Virus record (IMG/VR): IMGVR_UViG_3300012147_000001
Location: 8,004-72,003 of that record
Reading direction: 5' to 3' (one strand)
DNA length: 64,000 nt
DNA from: a virus
Shown one piece after another: positions 19,530 to 29,134 of this stretch; position 1 is the first letter of the stretch, and every line of letters starts with the position of its first letter. The translations under genes and the position numbers were made by a program. Under the pieces are notes generated by a model. That model was not told the DNA's origin and searched no databases. It saw only the letters and a program-made list of their open reading frames with translations.

Positions 19530-21861
19530 CAGTTACGATTCCTTTAAAGTTAAATTTTAATAATTGAATAACGATATTTTTATCAGTTACCCCATCAACA
19601 AGTGTCAGAGTTGGTTTATTTTGTTTAATAATATCAACTCTTTTTGTGACACGTTTAGCAAGAGACTTACCTTCAGTTATAGCAATTCTCAAACTTTCTT
19701 TTGTAATAAACCTACTTGATAAGTATTTATGGTCTACTTCTGACGGAATAACATCAGGTAAAAACTTAAAGAAATGTTTGTGAACAATTGGATAAATATC
19801 ACTTCTAGTTAAAACGCTTGCTAAACCTCTGTAAGAAACATTACTTTTGTATTCTTCGTATTTTCTGTACGTTAAATATTGAGCAGATAATTCGCTTCTT
19901 TGAGATTCAGTGATTTGAGTAGTAAGATTTTTAGTTAGTGTGTCGAAGACACAAAACTCTAGTCCATCTTTTTCAACTAGCTTTGTAGCGTAGCTTTGAG
20001 GTACTTTAAATACAGCAACGTTAACATCTAAATAAACACATAATGCTTTCATTAAATTATGGTCAGCCATACGATAATTATTATCGTAAATAGCAACAAA
20101 GTAAGTTGGTTTAAAAACACCTTCTAGATATTTATTTTTGATTATATTGGCAGTTTTAAAAGAGTAAGTGCCACTAAAATCAATGTCTTTACATCTACCA
20201 TTACCTGAGTATGCAACTGTAGGAATTACTTTAGTTGGTTGATAAGTGCTTCCGCTAGACTGACGCGCTATACGTTCAGCTTTAGGAATATCTTCCAAAT
20301 CAATTATTTCTACATTTTCATAATACTTTTCAAACACTGGTTTAAAAGTATCTATTTGAGCATCACTTAAACAAAGGTACTTATCAAAAGCTGCTTCATG
20401 TTTTGTATAAACACTAAGTACTTCTTTTTCACGATTATAATAATGATTGTAATGCTGTTTAGCTCTGTACAAACCAGATTCAGGTAATTCTCCTTGTTCT
20501 GACCAATAACTTATTTTTTTAATATAGCTTGGACATTTTCTAACAATAGCAATGCTTTTGGATTCGCCAAATCTAAATCCAGTATCAGAATTACCCATTT
20601 TTTTAGCTTTTTCACCTTCAGTAACAACAAAATCTATGTAGATGTCATCAACTTTTGCAGCTTCTTTTAAATCTCGTCTGAGATTATTATTAAAAACTTT
20701 GTCGATTTCTGTAAGCAAAATAGGATTTTTTGAAAATGGAGTTTTAGACTTAATTTTTCTAGCTAAATAAGTCAACATACCTTCGTTAGGTGAGTTTTCC
20801 ACAATAAAATTACACTTTTGAACAAAGGGTAAGTGTCTTGCTTTAAACGCAACAGTAACTGCTTTTCTTCTGTAGTGAGCAAACATACGAGACATTAATG
20901 CGTTAAGCACATCATTAGTACGTTCTGTGTAATCTAAATCTTCTCTAGAAGGTTTTATGTCTACACTGTCAACTGGTAAGTCTAAAAGTAAAGAATTAAC
21001 ACCTGATACATCTTCAATCTTGTTTAGTGTTTCAGAGTAGTCACTATAAAACTCTGATGTAACGTTAATAGGATATACAACACATCCCATACGAACAGCA
21101 AGTGCATCATTAATGCATGACTCATAAACATTAACAGTAGTTTTTTTATCAACAAGATTACCTTCATCATCTGGTATACAGATAGTTGCAGTTACTGGAA
21201 AAGACCTAGCTGTTTCAAGGTCAAACCTGTACTCAAAATCTATTAAGTAATCTCTGTTCAAGATTGTTGGCTTAACATCAAATGCAGCAAGTTGTGTTTT
21301 AGCAGCATTATTGAAACGATAAAAGTCTTCTTCTTTAACAGGCACTTTAACTTCTACACCGTCAGGGTTGTCAGTAATATCTTCTAATAGAAGCTCTAAT
21401 GGCGTAGTGTTCTGTAATGAAGAACTTTGGTAAATACGTCTAATACCGTCTTTGTAAGTGGTAATGAAAAACGTATCTGTATATGCAGCAGGTGATTTAC
21501 CACCAACACCCCAACCACCAATAGAATTACTGGTTGAGTTTTTAGTTGATTCACCTAAGATACCATACACATTAAAAACTGTTTTGTTATCCATACTGCA
21601 ACCAAAATCTCTAACTATAAAGTTTGGATTCATTTTTGAAGGTAGGGTAACGTGAAATGGTACTTCTGGTTTGCCAGCAGCAATGTGACCGTCTAAAGCA
21701 TTAGTAGAGATTTCTCTTACAATAGCTTCGATTGGACGAATATAAAGACCTTTAGTAACAATTCTAAAAATAGTATTGTTTATTGTGGTTTTATGTACAT
21801 TAGATTCTATTGGTTTAGAACCACCTCTAATAGTTTGTTCTTTTGATATATTAAGTCTCAT
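19516..21861 (-). CDS. rIIA: rIIA-like GHKL ATPase domain protein
   Basis: REISTNALD, VRDFGC, IGGWGVGGKSP, PSREDL; adjacent to rIIB. Confidence 0.88.
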   Translation of the reverse strand: MRLNISKEQTIRGGSKPIESNVHKTTINNTIFRIVTKGLYIRPIEAIVREISTNALDGHIAAGKPEVPFHVTLPSKMNPNFIVRDFGCSMDNKTVFNVYGILGESTKNSTSNSIGGWGVGGKSPAAYTDTFFITTYKDGIRRIYQSSSLQNTTPLELLLEDITDNPDGVEVKVPVKEEDFYRFNNAAKTQLAAFDVKPTILNRDYLIDFEYRFDLETARSFPVTATICIPDDEGNLVDKKTTVNVYESCINDALAVRMGCVVYPINVTSEFYSDYSETLNKIEDVSGVNSLLLDLPVDSVDIKPSREDLDYTERTNDVLNALMSRMFAHYRRKAVTVAFKARHLPFVQKCNFIVENSPNEGMLTYLARKIKSKTPFSKNPILLTEIDKVFNNNLRRDLKEAAKVDDIYIDFVVTEGEKAKKMGNSDTGFRFGESKSIAIVRKCPSYIKKISYWSEQGELPESGLYRAKQHYNHYYNREKEVLSVYTKHEAAFDKYLCLSDAQIDTFKPVFEKYYENVEIIDLEDIPKAERIARQSSGSTYQPTKVIPTVAYSGNGRCKDIDFSGTYSFKTANIIKNKYLEGVFKPTYFVAIYDNNYRMADHNLMKALCVYLDVNVAVFKVPQSYATKLVEKDGLEFCVFDTLTKNLTTQITESQRSELSAQYLTYRKYEEYKSNVSYRGLASVLTRSDIYPIVHKHFFKFLPDVIPSEVDHKYLSSRFITKESLRIAITEGKSLAKRVTKRVDIIKQNKPTLTLVDGVTDKNIVIQLLKFNFKGIVTDENN

Positions 21862-21867
21862 TTGGAA

Positions 21868-22311
21868 TTATTCCTTTCTAAATAGTGATTTTTTTGGTTG
21901 CCATTTGTTGTATTCAGCAACACGTTTAATATCTATTTTAATTTCATCCCATTGTTCTTGTAGGATAGCTAAAGCTTGATGACATTGAACTTCATCAAAC
22001 ATAGCTACATGACATTTTTGGCGTTTTATTTTTAACGAATAAGCAAACCATTCATAAGCAACTTTTCGAGATTTAAAATGTTTATCTTTCCATAAAGGGT
22101 CAAACATCTTATGAACTCTGCTTCTTAATTCTCTAGTTGCAGCATCAGCTAAATTACCTAATGCATCTTTACTATCTGGATGGCATCCAACATAGCTGTT
22201 ATGCTTTTTACACAAATAAAAGTATTTATTTGATAAGTCTGGTCTGTGTGGATATATAACATCACCAGTGACTAGTTTGCTTGGTTTATTGCAGGTAGGA
22301 CATTTTGGCAT
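21868..22311 (-). CDS. Zinc-finger protein (DUF3268-like)
   Basis: CPTC...IYPHRPDL...YVGCH...LG.LA...R..VH..FDPLW. Confidence 0.75.
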   Translation of the reverse strand: MPKCPTCNKPSKLVTGDVIYPHRPDLSNKYFYLCKKHNSYVGCHPDSKDALGNLADAATRELRSRVHKMFDPLWKDKHFKSRKVAYEWFAYSLKIKRQKCHVAMFDEVQCHQALAILQEQWDEIKIDIKRVAEYNKWQPKKSLFRKE

Positions 22312-22607
22312 TATGTAATTCCTATCTTAAGCATAAAATAACTTCTAGACATTTCTTTAGCTTTATCGTCTAAATGCTTGGCTTGCTTGTACGCTTTAGA
22401 AGCAGCTCTATTCATTTTTTTATCGTAAAATGGTTTTTGTGTTTTAAGGTAAGTGTAAACTTTATTTCCATGTATAAACCTGCCACCATACGAAGCAAAA
22501 CCACACACAGGACAATCATTTCTATAAGACAACCGTATATCATATATATATTCACAAGACGAACAGCAACGTATTAAAGCACGTTTTTGAGAAGATTTTT
22601 TAATCAC
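22311..22607 (-). CDS. Zinc-ribbon hypothetical protein
   Basis: CSSC...CPVCG. Confidence 0.65.
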   Translation of the reverse strand: MIKKSSQKRALIRCCSSCEYIYDIRLSYRNDCPVCGFASYGGRFIHGNKVYTYLKTQKPFYDKKMNRAASKAYKQAKHLDDKAKEMSRSYFMLKIGIT

Positions 22608-22626
22608 AATTTATTCCTTTAGACGC

Positions 22627-22648
22627 AAAAAAGCCACCCGAAGGTGGC
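22627..22648 (-). terminator. Intrinsic terminator with UUCG loop
   Basis: Minus strand GCCACC-TTCG-GGTGGC-TTTTTT. Confidence 0.88.
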
Positions 22649-22701
22649 TATAACTTGGCAGAAGTTTTAAACAGTTGGAAAGGAATTAACCAACAACTCA
22701 A

Positions 22702-22722
22702 TCATAATCGCTGAAAGCGATT
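22702..22722 (-). promoter_or_regulatory. Putative vRNAP-type hairpin promoter
   Basis: + strand TC-AT-AATCGCT-GAA-AGCGATT; same T-GAA-A loop as the early-region copies. Confidence 0.5.
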
Positions 22723-23540
22723 TAATCAAGTGGAGGTTCAATTCCTTTTTCTACATAAAAACGATATTGTCGCCAAAAACTACCTGTAAAATTACCAGAA
22801 CCACCTTTTTTAGTAACACGAGCAACATGTTCAAACGGACTTGCATGGATAACATCAGCATTAATTAATAAACCAAAAACTCTATTTACTTTATCAATAC
22901 TAGTATCTAGTACTCTGTAACTAACTTGAGCACAAGCAGTTACTGACATTTTAACTAAAGTTTTAATTGGATATTTTTCTTTATCATTTTCACTAACGTA
23001 AGGTAAATGCCATTGACCCCAATCAAGTAATTCAGGTTTATTATTAAGCATGGCACGATTCATTTGATTAGCTAATTCTCTAATTTCTGGTTGTGCATCT
23101 TTGTGAGCACGTAATGTATTCCAGTTATCCATTTTAGTAGTCGTCATTACTACTTTAATGTGTGTCCAAGGTTCAAGCATTCTGTTAGCTACTTGCTTAT
23201 GTACACCAACACTTTTAAGCAATAAAGTAAGAACACTAACCATATAGCCAGTAAATTTCCAAATTGCTTTAGCAAAGAATTTACGTACTGAACCAAGTTC
23301 AACATCAGCTTGCATACCAGCTTGTTTTTTACCCCAATGAATTGGTACAGCCATGTTTGACCAAACTAATTTAATAGCTTTCATTATAGGTATGGCTCTA
23401 CTACTTGCAGCATTACGAGAAAAATCTCTATGAGTCATAAACTCAGCATGAATAAATCTATGGTATTCAAGTTCAAAAGTAGTAATACGTTCACCTTTTG
23501 GATTAATACTATCTGCTATTATTCTTGCTCTTATTGTCAT
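22722..23540 (-). CDS. thyX: Flavin-dependent thymidylate synthase
   Basis: EFMTHRDFSRNAASSRAIP, LR...AQPEI, HASPFEH. Confidence 0.9.
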   Translation of the reverse strand: MTIRARIIADSINPKGERITTFELEYHRFIHAEFMTHRDFSRNAASSRAIPIMKAIKLVWSNMAVPIHWGKKQAGMQADVELGSVRKFFAKAIWKFTGYMVSVLTLLLKSVGVHKQVANRMLEPWTHIKVVMTTTKMDNWNTLRAHKDAQPEIRELANQMNRAMLNNKPELLDWGQWHLPYVSENDKEKYPIKTLVKMSVTACAQVSYRVLDTSIDKVNRVFGLLINADVIHASPFEHVARVTKKGGSGNFTGSFWRQYRFYVEKGIEPPLD

Positions 23541-23995
23541 TACGTTTCCTTATCAAATTTATGTACGCGAACACCTGTAAATACGAGATGGTCAATACCT
23601 TTTTTGTTTTTATATTCATTTAAATAATGAACATCGGTTATACCTACAGAAGCAATGGATTTTGCACACTCAATACAAGGTGCTGTTGTCACAAAAAGAA
23701 CTGCTTCTTCTGGTGAAACACCTTCTCTTGTAAGCTTGTCTAATGCATTACGTTCTGCATGTATTACTTCAGGTTTGGTTGTTAAAGTACAAGTACTGTT
23801 ACTCCAACTTTCGCTTTGACATTCATTATCAAAACCTGTTGGCATACCATTCCAACCAAGACCAATCATACCACTTGGCAATACAATTACCGCACCAACT
23901 TTACGTTTTCTGTCTACAGACTCTAATGCAGCTTTCTCAGCTATGCTCATGTAAAAGCCGTCAAACTTTGGGTTAAAAGGATTGAATTTTTTCAT
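23540..23995 (-). CDS. dCMP deaminase
   Basis: KVGAVIV, GWNG, HAE.NA, PC..CAK. Confidence 0.92.
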   Translation of the reverse strand: MKKFNPFNPKFDGFYMSIAEKAALESVDRKRKVGAVIVLPSGMIGLGWNGMPTGFDNECQSESWSNSTCTLTTKPEVIHAERNALDKLTREGVSPEEAVLFVTTAPCIECAKSIASVGITDVHYLNEYKNKKGIDHLVFTGVRVHKFDKET

Positions 23996-24393
23996 TTGGT
24001 TTCTTCCAGAATTTTATTAATCCTTTCAGCAATGTCTTGCAGTACAGTAGATGGTACTGTTTGGTCATATGCAGCCCAAATGTTTATTCCTTTATCTGGG
24101 TCAATATTGCCATATGCGTCCATAACAGTACCTTCAAGTATTGTTTTAAGACAATGTTTTAATTTCATGTTTTCTTGTTCAATTATTACAATGCGCTTAG
24201 ATTGTTGAAGTGCTTCTTTTTGAAGTCTATCAGCACGTTCACTAACTACTTCAAAAGAACCTTTATAATTACCTGCTTCTAGCTCAAGCTGTGCATTGCG
24301 TTTTTTTAAAGTTTCAATTTCACTCCAAGCTTTACGTTTTGCGTCAAACTCTTGTCCCCACGCTGTTTTAGACATGATTTTTTCCTTTTTCAT
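23992..24393 (-). CDS. Hypothetical coiled-coil protein
   Basis: Overlaps the deaminase start. Confidence 0.65.
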   Translation of the reverse strand: MKKEKIMSKTAWGQEFDAKRKAWSEIETLKKRNAQLELEAGNYKGSFEVVSERADRLQKEALQQSKRIVIIEQENMKLKHCLKTILEGTVMDAYGNIDPDKGINIWAAYDQTVPSTVLQDIAERINKILEETK

Positions 24394-24406
24394 TTTGTTT
24401 ACTCAC

Positions 24407-24430
24407 AAAAAAAAAAGACCCCGAAGGGTC
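24407..24430 (-). terminator. Intrinsic terminator with UUCG loop
   Basis: Minus strand GACCC-TTCG-GGGTC followed by a run of ten T. Confidence 0.88.
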
Positions 24431-24445
24431 TAAAGTGGGAGAAAT

Positions 24446-25099
24446 TTATTGTTTAATAGAAGCGTATGCAGCACCTAATTGATTATGTATAATTTCATCA
24501 ATGTTGGGGTCTTCCATATCAACATTGTTCATTATATCAACTAACCATTCGTTATCTTCACGACCATTCCATATTTTAATGTAACTGCCGTCTTTATAAC
24601 CATTTTGCTGTCTAAAAAAGTTTAATACATTTTTAGCAAGATACTGTTTATAAAGTTCATTAACAGGTAATAAAGCTTGTTCACATATAAAATAAAACAA
24701 ACAAGGACTAAACAAGTTAGCAGCAGCTAATCCAGCCATAAGTTGAAGATTGTTTAATAAAGTCATATTAGAGTAATCATATATGATTCCATCAAATTCA
24801 ATAAAAATGTCTTTATTTTGTAAAAATTGAGCACAATCTATTATTGAATTTTGGTCTTTTAAAACAAGTGTATGTGATAAACCAAAATGCCAAATATCCA
24901 CAAGCTCCATTTGTACTTGAGCCATGTCTGGTTTTTGTTTTTTCCACCATTTCCATCCATGATGGTCAATAGCTTCAACAGATTCAGCTAATATTGCTGT
25001 ACACCAATTATTATTGGCATTAATCCAATTTGGATTAACTTTACAATTAATTTCATTTTGTAGTTGAATCATTTTATCTAGTTGTAGTTTAGTTAACAT
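24446..25099 (-). CDS. dut: Dimeric all-alpha dUTPase (dUTPase_2)
   Basis: E..EAIDHHGWKWWK, ELVDIWHF, KNVLNFFRQ.NGYK.GSY.KIWNGREDN; start placed at MLTK. Confidence 0.9.
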   Translation of the reverse strand: MLTKLQLDKMIQLQNEINCKVNPNWINANNNWCTAILAESVEAIDHHGWKWWKKQKPDMAQVQMELVDIWHFGLSHTLVLKDQNSIIDCAQFLQNKDIFIEFDGIIYDYSNMTLLNNLQLMAGLAAANLFSPCLFYFICEQALLPVNELYKQYLAKNVLNFFRQQNGYKDGSYIKIWNGREDNEWLVDIMNNVDMEDPNIDEIIHNQLGAAYASIKQ

Positions 25100-25454
25100 T
25101 TGATTTCCTTTTAAAAATTGACCAAAAAGATTTGGTACGTTTAAGTTCAGCAAGTTCTTTTTTAAGTGTTATTATTTCTTTTTTATTATTAAATATAGTT
25201 TTTTCATAGACGCAATTTACCATTTCTATTCTTTTAAACAAACTTGCATTTATTGGGTCAACAATTTCTTTAAAATCACTTAACTCAACAAATTTTTTTG
25301 TATCTTTTTTATAAGAGACACCCACAATACGTACTTTAAATGCTTCATTAGCTAAAGCTTTACGATACATTTCACTTTTATTCGTTAGTTCTATGTATTC
25401 TGAAGTACTAATAGTTACTGTATTAAGGTTTTGAGACATGAGATATTTCCTCAT
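25089..25454 (-). CDS. Hypothetical protein
   Basis: Operon ORF. Confidence 0.65.
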   Translation of the reverse strand: MRKYLMSQNLNTVTISTSEYIELTNKSEMYRKALANEAFKVRIVGVSYKKDTKKFVELSDFKEIVDPINASLFKRIEMVNCVYEKTIFNNKKEIITLKKELAELKRTKSFWSIFKRKSNVN

Positions 25455-25641
25455 TTAAAGTTTTTTTAACTAATTCCATTCCCTGATGATAAAGAGCAAG
25501 ACTTTTTCGAGAAATTAAATTATTTGAATTTTCTAATCCAAAAAATATAGTTAATGCACTGCTTTCAGCAGCACTGTAAGTAATTTTCTTTTTAACAGAA
25601 GCATCCATAAACTGTTTATGTAAAATACCTTTAGTTGCCAT
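25423..25641 (-). CDS. Hypothetical protein
   Basis: AGGA RBS upstream. Confidence 0.65.
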   Translation of the reverse strand: MATKGILHKQFMDASVKKKITYSAAESSALTIFFGLENSNNLISRKSLALYHQGMELVKKTLNEEISHVSKP

Positions 25642-25649
25642 AAATAGTC

Positions 25650-26246
25650 CTATGGTTTATCCAGTTTAGATTTATTTAATACTGGTTTATGTTGAATTAA
25701 ATTGACAGTTTCTTGTCGGCTTTTAATTTTTGATTGAACTTCTGTTTCCCATTTAGTTTTGTAATTCCATACATTATGTTTATCAGCAATTTTGCAAATA
25801 GCTTCTTCTGATAATTCACAGTTGTATGGAAAAGCAAGCCAACCTGTATTAGCAACATGAAGTGAGTTTACATTTTCTTTCATAAAGTCAATGTGTGCAG
25901 TATTAAGAGCTGCTGCAAGGTCAGCTTGTTTAAGTCTACGTTTAGATAGCGGAATACCATTTTCACTGGCTAACTCTGGTTCACCTGTAACAATATATTC
26001 TTGCTTTTTTTGGTCTCGACAAAAAACAATTAAAGTGTAATTCCAGAAATGAGGATAGTCAGTAATAAAAGATGCAGTAACACTGTTGGGTATAAACAAT
26101 GTTTGTTTTGGTATAGATAATACTTCTGCATTTTTCATATTACATGTAAACCAAACAGCTAATTTATTTCTTCTTAAGTAATTATCAGCTAGAACTGGTG
26201 CAGTTTTGTTTGGGTTATATTTTTTTGTTTTACGTTTTTTTGGCAT
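25650..26246 (-). CDS. Hypothetical protein with basic N-terminus
   Basis: Start placed at MPKKRK after AGGA. Confidence 0.7.
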   Translation of the reverse strand: MPKKRKTKKYNPNKTAPVLADNYLRRNKLAVWFTCNMKNAEVLSIPKQTLFIPNSVTASFITDYPHFWNYTLIVFCRDQKKQEYIVTGEPELASENGIPLSKRRLKQADLAAALNTAHIDFMKENVNSLHVANTGWLAFPYNCELSEEAICKIADKHNVWNYKTKWETEVQSKIKSRQETVNLIQHKPVLNKSKLDKP

Positions 26247-26353
26247 ATTTATTCCTACAATATTGAAGACTATCTGAGTCAACAGTGTTTAGGTACTCTT
26301 AGCCAAAATTAGCTATTTAGTACTTGTTAGTTACTAGGTTTAGTTTTATGAGT

Positions 26354-26412
26354 AAAAAAATAAATATACTCTCCAAACCCACACTCCGAAGGAGTGGGAT
26401 TTAGGTAGTATA
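26354..26412 (-). terminator. Long hairpin (CACTCC-GAA-GGAGTG core) after RNAP subunit 2
   Basis: Perfect 6-bp core, outer TATACT/AGTATA pairing, T tract on the minus strand. Confidence 0.65.
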
Positions 26413-26419
26413 TAGGTTT

Positions 26420-27427
26420 TTATGACAAAGAATAGTTAGATTCACGAATTGATTGAGCCAAGTCTTGTGAGTACTTGTTAAATACTCCGTTAGTTCCTGC
26501 AATCTGATTTAATATATTCTGAATTACATTTGATTCAGCTAATTTAGCTAACTCATCTGCATATCCAATACGAATATCTTCTATATGGTTTGGTGAAGCC
26601 CAAAACGAATCATGAATAGTAGTCATTTCATATCCGCGAACATGTGCTCTACGATACAACTGACGCACAATATAAGCATCTAAACTGTGAACTACATTAG
26701 CTGGTAAAGATAAATCAAACTCTTTAGCCATTTGCTCAGATGTTCTGAAAGTGAATGTAGCTTTATTTAATTCAGCTATTTCAACTTTTTTATCTACCTT
26801 TCCCATTACTGGTACATACGCTGTATGACCATCAGGAAGCGTCCAAGTATAATCAAGAGCTTCTGAGTCCTGTAAGGTTTGAATATCCAACAACAGCCTG
26901 TAAGCACCTTTTAAACCAACTTGAAGACATTTATTAAATGCTTCTAATTCGGAAGTACCTTTACCAAACAACAATTCAGGTTGTTTAGTACTGTTGTAAA
27001 AAGCTGTCATTATTGGTTTCTTAAGCATGTCACGAGTTGTATTACAGCCATGAATTACATTCATATCATTGGAAATATCAAAGTAAATGTCGTTACGTTT
27101 GTTGTTATCAATGAGATTCACTTTAATAGCTGAGTCTTTACATCCAGTAACTGCTGACATTATTTGTATTCCAGAAGCTGTTGCATCTAAATTACACATA
27201 AAACCGACATTATTACCTTTTAATATTTCGTTATGTGCATTAATAGCTTTGGCTAAAAGCACAGATTCATCTGTACATTCCTCTTTAGCAAAAGCTAACT
27301 GGTCTTTAAAAGACAATTTAACAAAGTTATCAGACCACGATAAACGTTCATCCCATGTTAATTTGTCCATTCCATTGGCGTTAGCCATACTAATCAATAA
27401 ATATTCATAAGGTGTAAACTTCTGCAT
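26420..27427 (-). CDS. RNA polymerase II subunit 2 (N4 gp16-like)
   Basis: LDATASGIQ, R...KK..MT.FY, ANVVHSLD, IHDSF T7-like catalytic motifs. Confidence 0.93.
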   Translation of the reverse strand: MQKFTPYEYLLISMANANGMDKLTWDERLSWSDNFVKLSFKDQLAFAKEECTDESVLLAKAINAHNEILKGNNVGFMCNLDATASGIQIMSAVTGCKDSAIKVNLIDNNKRNDIYFDISNDMNVIHGCNTTRDMLKKPIMTAFYNSTKQPELLFGKGTSELEAFNKCLQVGLKGAYRLLLDIQTLQDSEALDYTWTLPDGHTAYVPVMGKVDKKVEIAELNKATFTFRTSEQMAKEFDLSLPANVVHSLDAYIVRQLYRRAHVRGYEMTTIHDSFWASPNHIEDIRIGYADELAKLAESNVIQNILNQIAGTNGVFNKYSQDLAQSIRESNYSLS

Positions 27428-27437
27428 AGTAAATTCC

Positions 27438-27914
27438 TTAACTAAAGTCGATAGCTTTTAATAATGCTTTTCTGCTATCAAGGTATTTAGTCCACTGAAC
27501 AAAGACAAAAAATGCTTTATCAGTGTCTAATTCATGGGTAATTTTTAACGAATTAATTGCTTGTTTCCAATCAAATAAATCTCCTTGTCTTACATGTATT
27601 TCTGTTAAAAATGGAAATAATTTATCACATTCTTCTTTTGAAACAACATCAGATATTTCACGTTCGTCCATAATATAACTTTTTAACACATTAGCTAATT
27701 TGTCAGGTTCTTTTGTTTTCATAATAGTTTTCCAGTAAGTAACACTATGATTTAAAACATCAATAACATATCTTGCACAAGCAAAAACAAGTTCACTTTC
27801 TACGTAATGCTCATTCATTTTTTTCATACGTTTGATTGCTGTTTTCTTGTAATGTCTTTTGAGTTCAGCACGTTTGTTCTTACGCTCTCTGTTTTGTTGA
27901 CTTTTATTAGCCAT
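27438..27914 (-). CDS. Hypothetical protein
   Basis: Between the RNAP subunit genes. Confidence 0.7.
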   Translation of the reverse strand: MANKSQQNRERKNKRAELKRHYKKTAIKRMKKMNEHYVESELVFACARYVIDVLNHSVTYWKTIMKTKEPDKLANVLKSYIMDEREISDVVSKEECDKLFPFLTEIHVRQGDLFDWKQAINSLKITHELDTDKAFFVFVQWTKYLDSRKALLKAIDFS

Positions 27915-28132
27915 TATAAATCCACCATTTTAGCAAGAAGTGCTCTGTTAGTAAGAAACTCACCATTCTTATCTATATAAGCTTGAATAAAATGAGTAGC
28001 GTAACCTTGTTCTTCTAAATAATCCCAAACTTGAAATAAACCAGCTTCTGGGTCTGTTTCATTTGGGTCATCTAATACAGCAATCATTGTATGATTTACA
28101 AACAAGGTTTGTACTTCAGTTAATTTAACCAT
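27914..28132 (-). CDS. Hypothetical protein
   Basis: Between the RNAP subunit genes. Confidence 0.65.
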   Translation of the reverse strand: MVKLTEVQTLFVNHTMIAVLDDPNETDPEAGLFQVWDYLEEQGYATHFIQAYIDKNGEFLTNRALLAKMVDL

Positions 28133-28141
28133 CTAAATACC

Positions 28142-29074
28142 TTAACTACGTTCTATAGCAATATGTTCTTTATTTGCTAAATTAATTAATGCTTTTTTAT
28201 ACTCAGTTGATTGAATGTTGACATGATAACCTTGGCTGTACATACGACCACGTTTATCAAATCTCCAAGAAAACCAAAACTCATTACCTTGTTGTATCAA
28301 CAGCTCATAAACCTTTTTACTGCTGTTTTTCAACAGTTGAAAGTTCTTAACTTTTTCTACAGTATCCAACTCTTTTGTTGGGGTTTCTTCGTAGTTATTA
28401 AGTATAAAAGTATCTAATTCAAATTTAACAGAATTAGCTATATTTAAAGCATCTAAACCTAGTGGCATATTGTGATGGTTATGAGACTTTAGTACTACTG
28501 ATTCAGCTATTGGATTGATATATCCAGAGCTAGTATTACTTTCTATCTTGTTAGGTGGACAAATCATTGGTGGTAAATACATAGTATCTGTAATGTATTG
28601 TTCTGTATCTAAGTCCAACTTCCACCTGCTTTTAATCATTAAAGAACCAGTTTCACTAGTCTTAGCAGATATAATGTCATACAAATCACTATAAGCACCT
28701 AAAGCTATTAACTCACTTGCAGTACGCACAGCATCCATGTGGTTAGAATATCCCTCAAGTCTACGTGCTACATACTCTACCATTCCATGAATAGGTACAG
28801 GATTACCTTGGCTTGTTTTCATAGCACCAACAGATATATAAGTCATAACATCTTCAGTATTGTTAAATTCACCTAACGTAAAACACCTCACAGCTTTACT
28901 GTACCAATAGTTTCTGTACTTGGCTTTGTAGTCTAGCACTTGAGCTTTTAATAGCTTTAAAGTTGGTGCTAGGTCTTCACATTTACTTAAATCTTTCCAA
29001 ATACGAGTATTAATTTCACGTTTAGCGTACTTATCCTCGTTTACTATTTGGCTCAATACTTTAATTTGATTCAT
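28142..29074 (-). CDS. RNA polymerase II subunit 1 (N4 gp15-like)
   Basis: YLPPMICPP, FDKRGRMYSQGYHVNIQ. Confidence 0.92.
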   Translation of the reverse strand: MNQIKVLSQIVNEDKYAKREINTRIWKDLSKCEDLAPTLKLLKAQVLDYKAKYRNYWYSKAVRCFTLGEFNNTEDVMTYISVGAMKTSQGNPVPIHGMVEYVARRLEGYSNHMDAVRTASELIALGAYSDLYDIISAKTSETGSLMIKSRWKLDLDTEQYITDTMYLPPMICPPNKIESNTSSGYINPIAESVVLKSHNHHNMPLGLDALNIANSVKFELDTFILNNYEETPTKELDTVEKVKNFQLLKNSSKKVYELLIQQGNEFWFSWRFDKRGRMYSQGYHVNIQSTEYKKALINLANKEHIAIERS

Positions 29075-29104
29075 ACTGTCTTACCTCCATTAATATAATC
29101 AAAC

Positions 29105-29130
29105 AAAAAATAAAGCTCCCGAAGGAGCTT
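29105..29130 (-). terminator. Intrinsic terminator with UUCG loop
   Basis: Minus strand AAGCTCC-TTCG-GGAGCTT-TATTTTTT. Confidence 0.85.
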
Positions 29131-29134
29131 AAAT

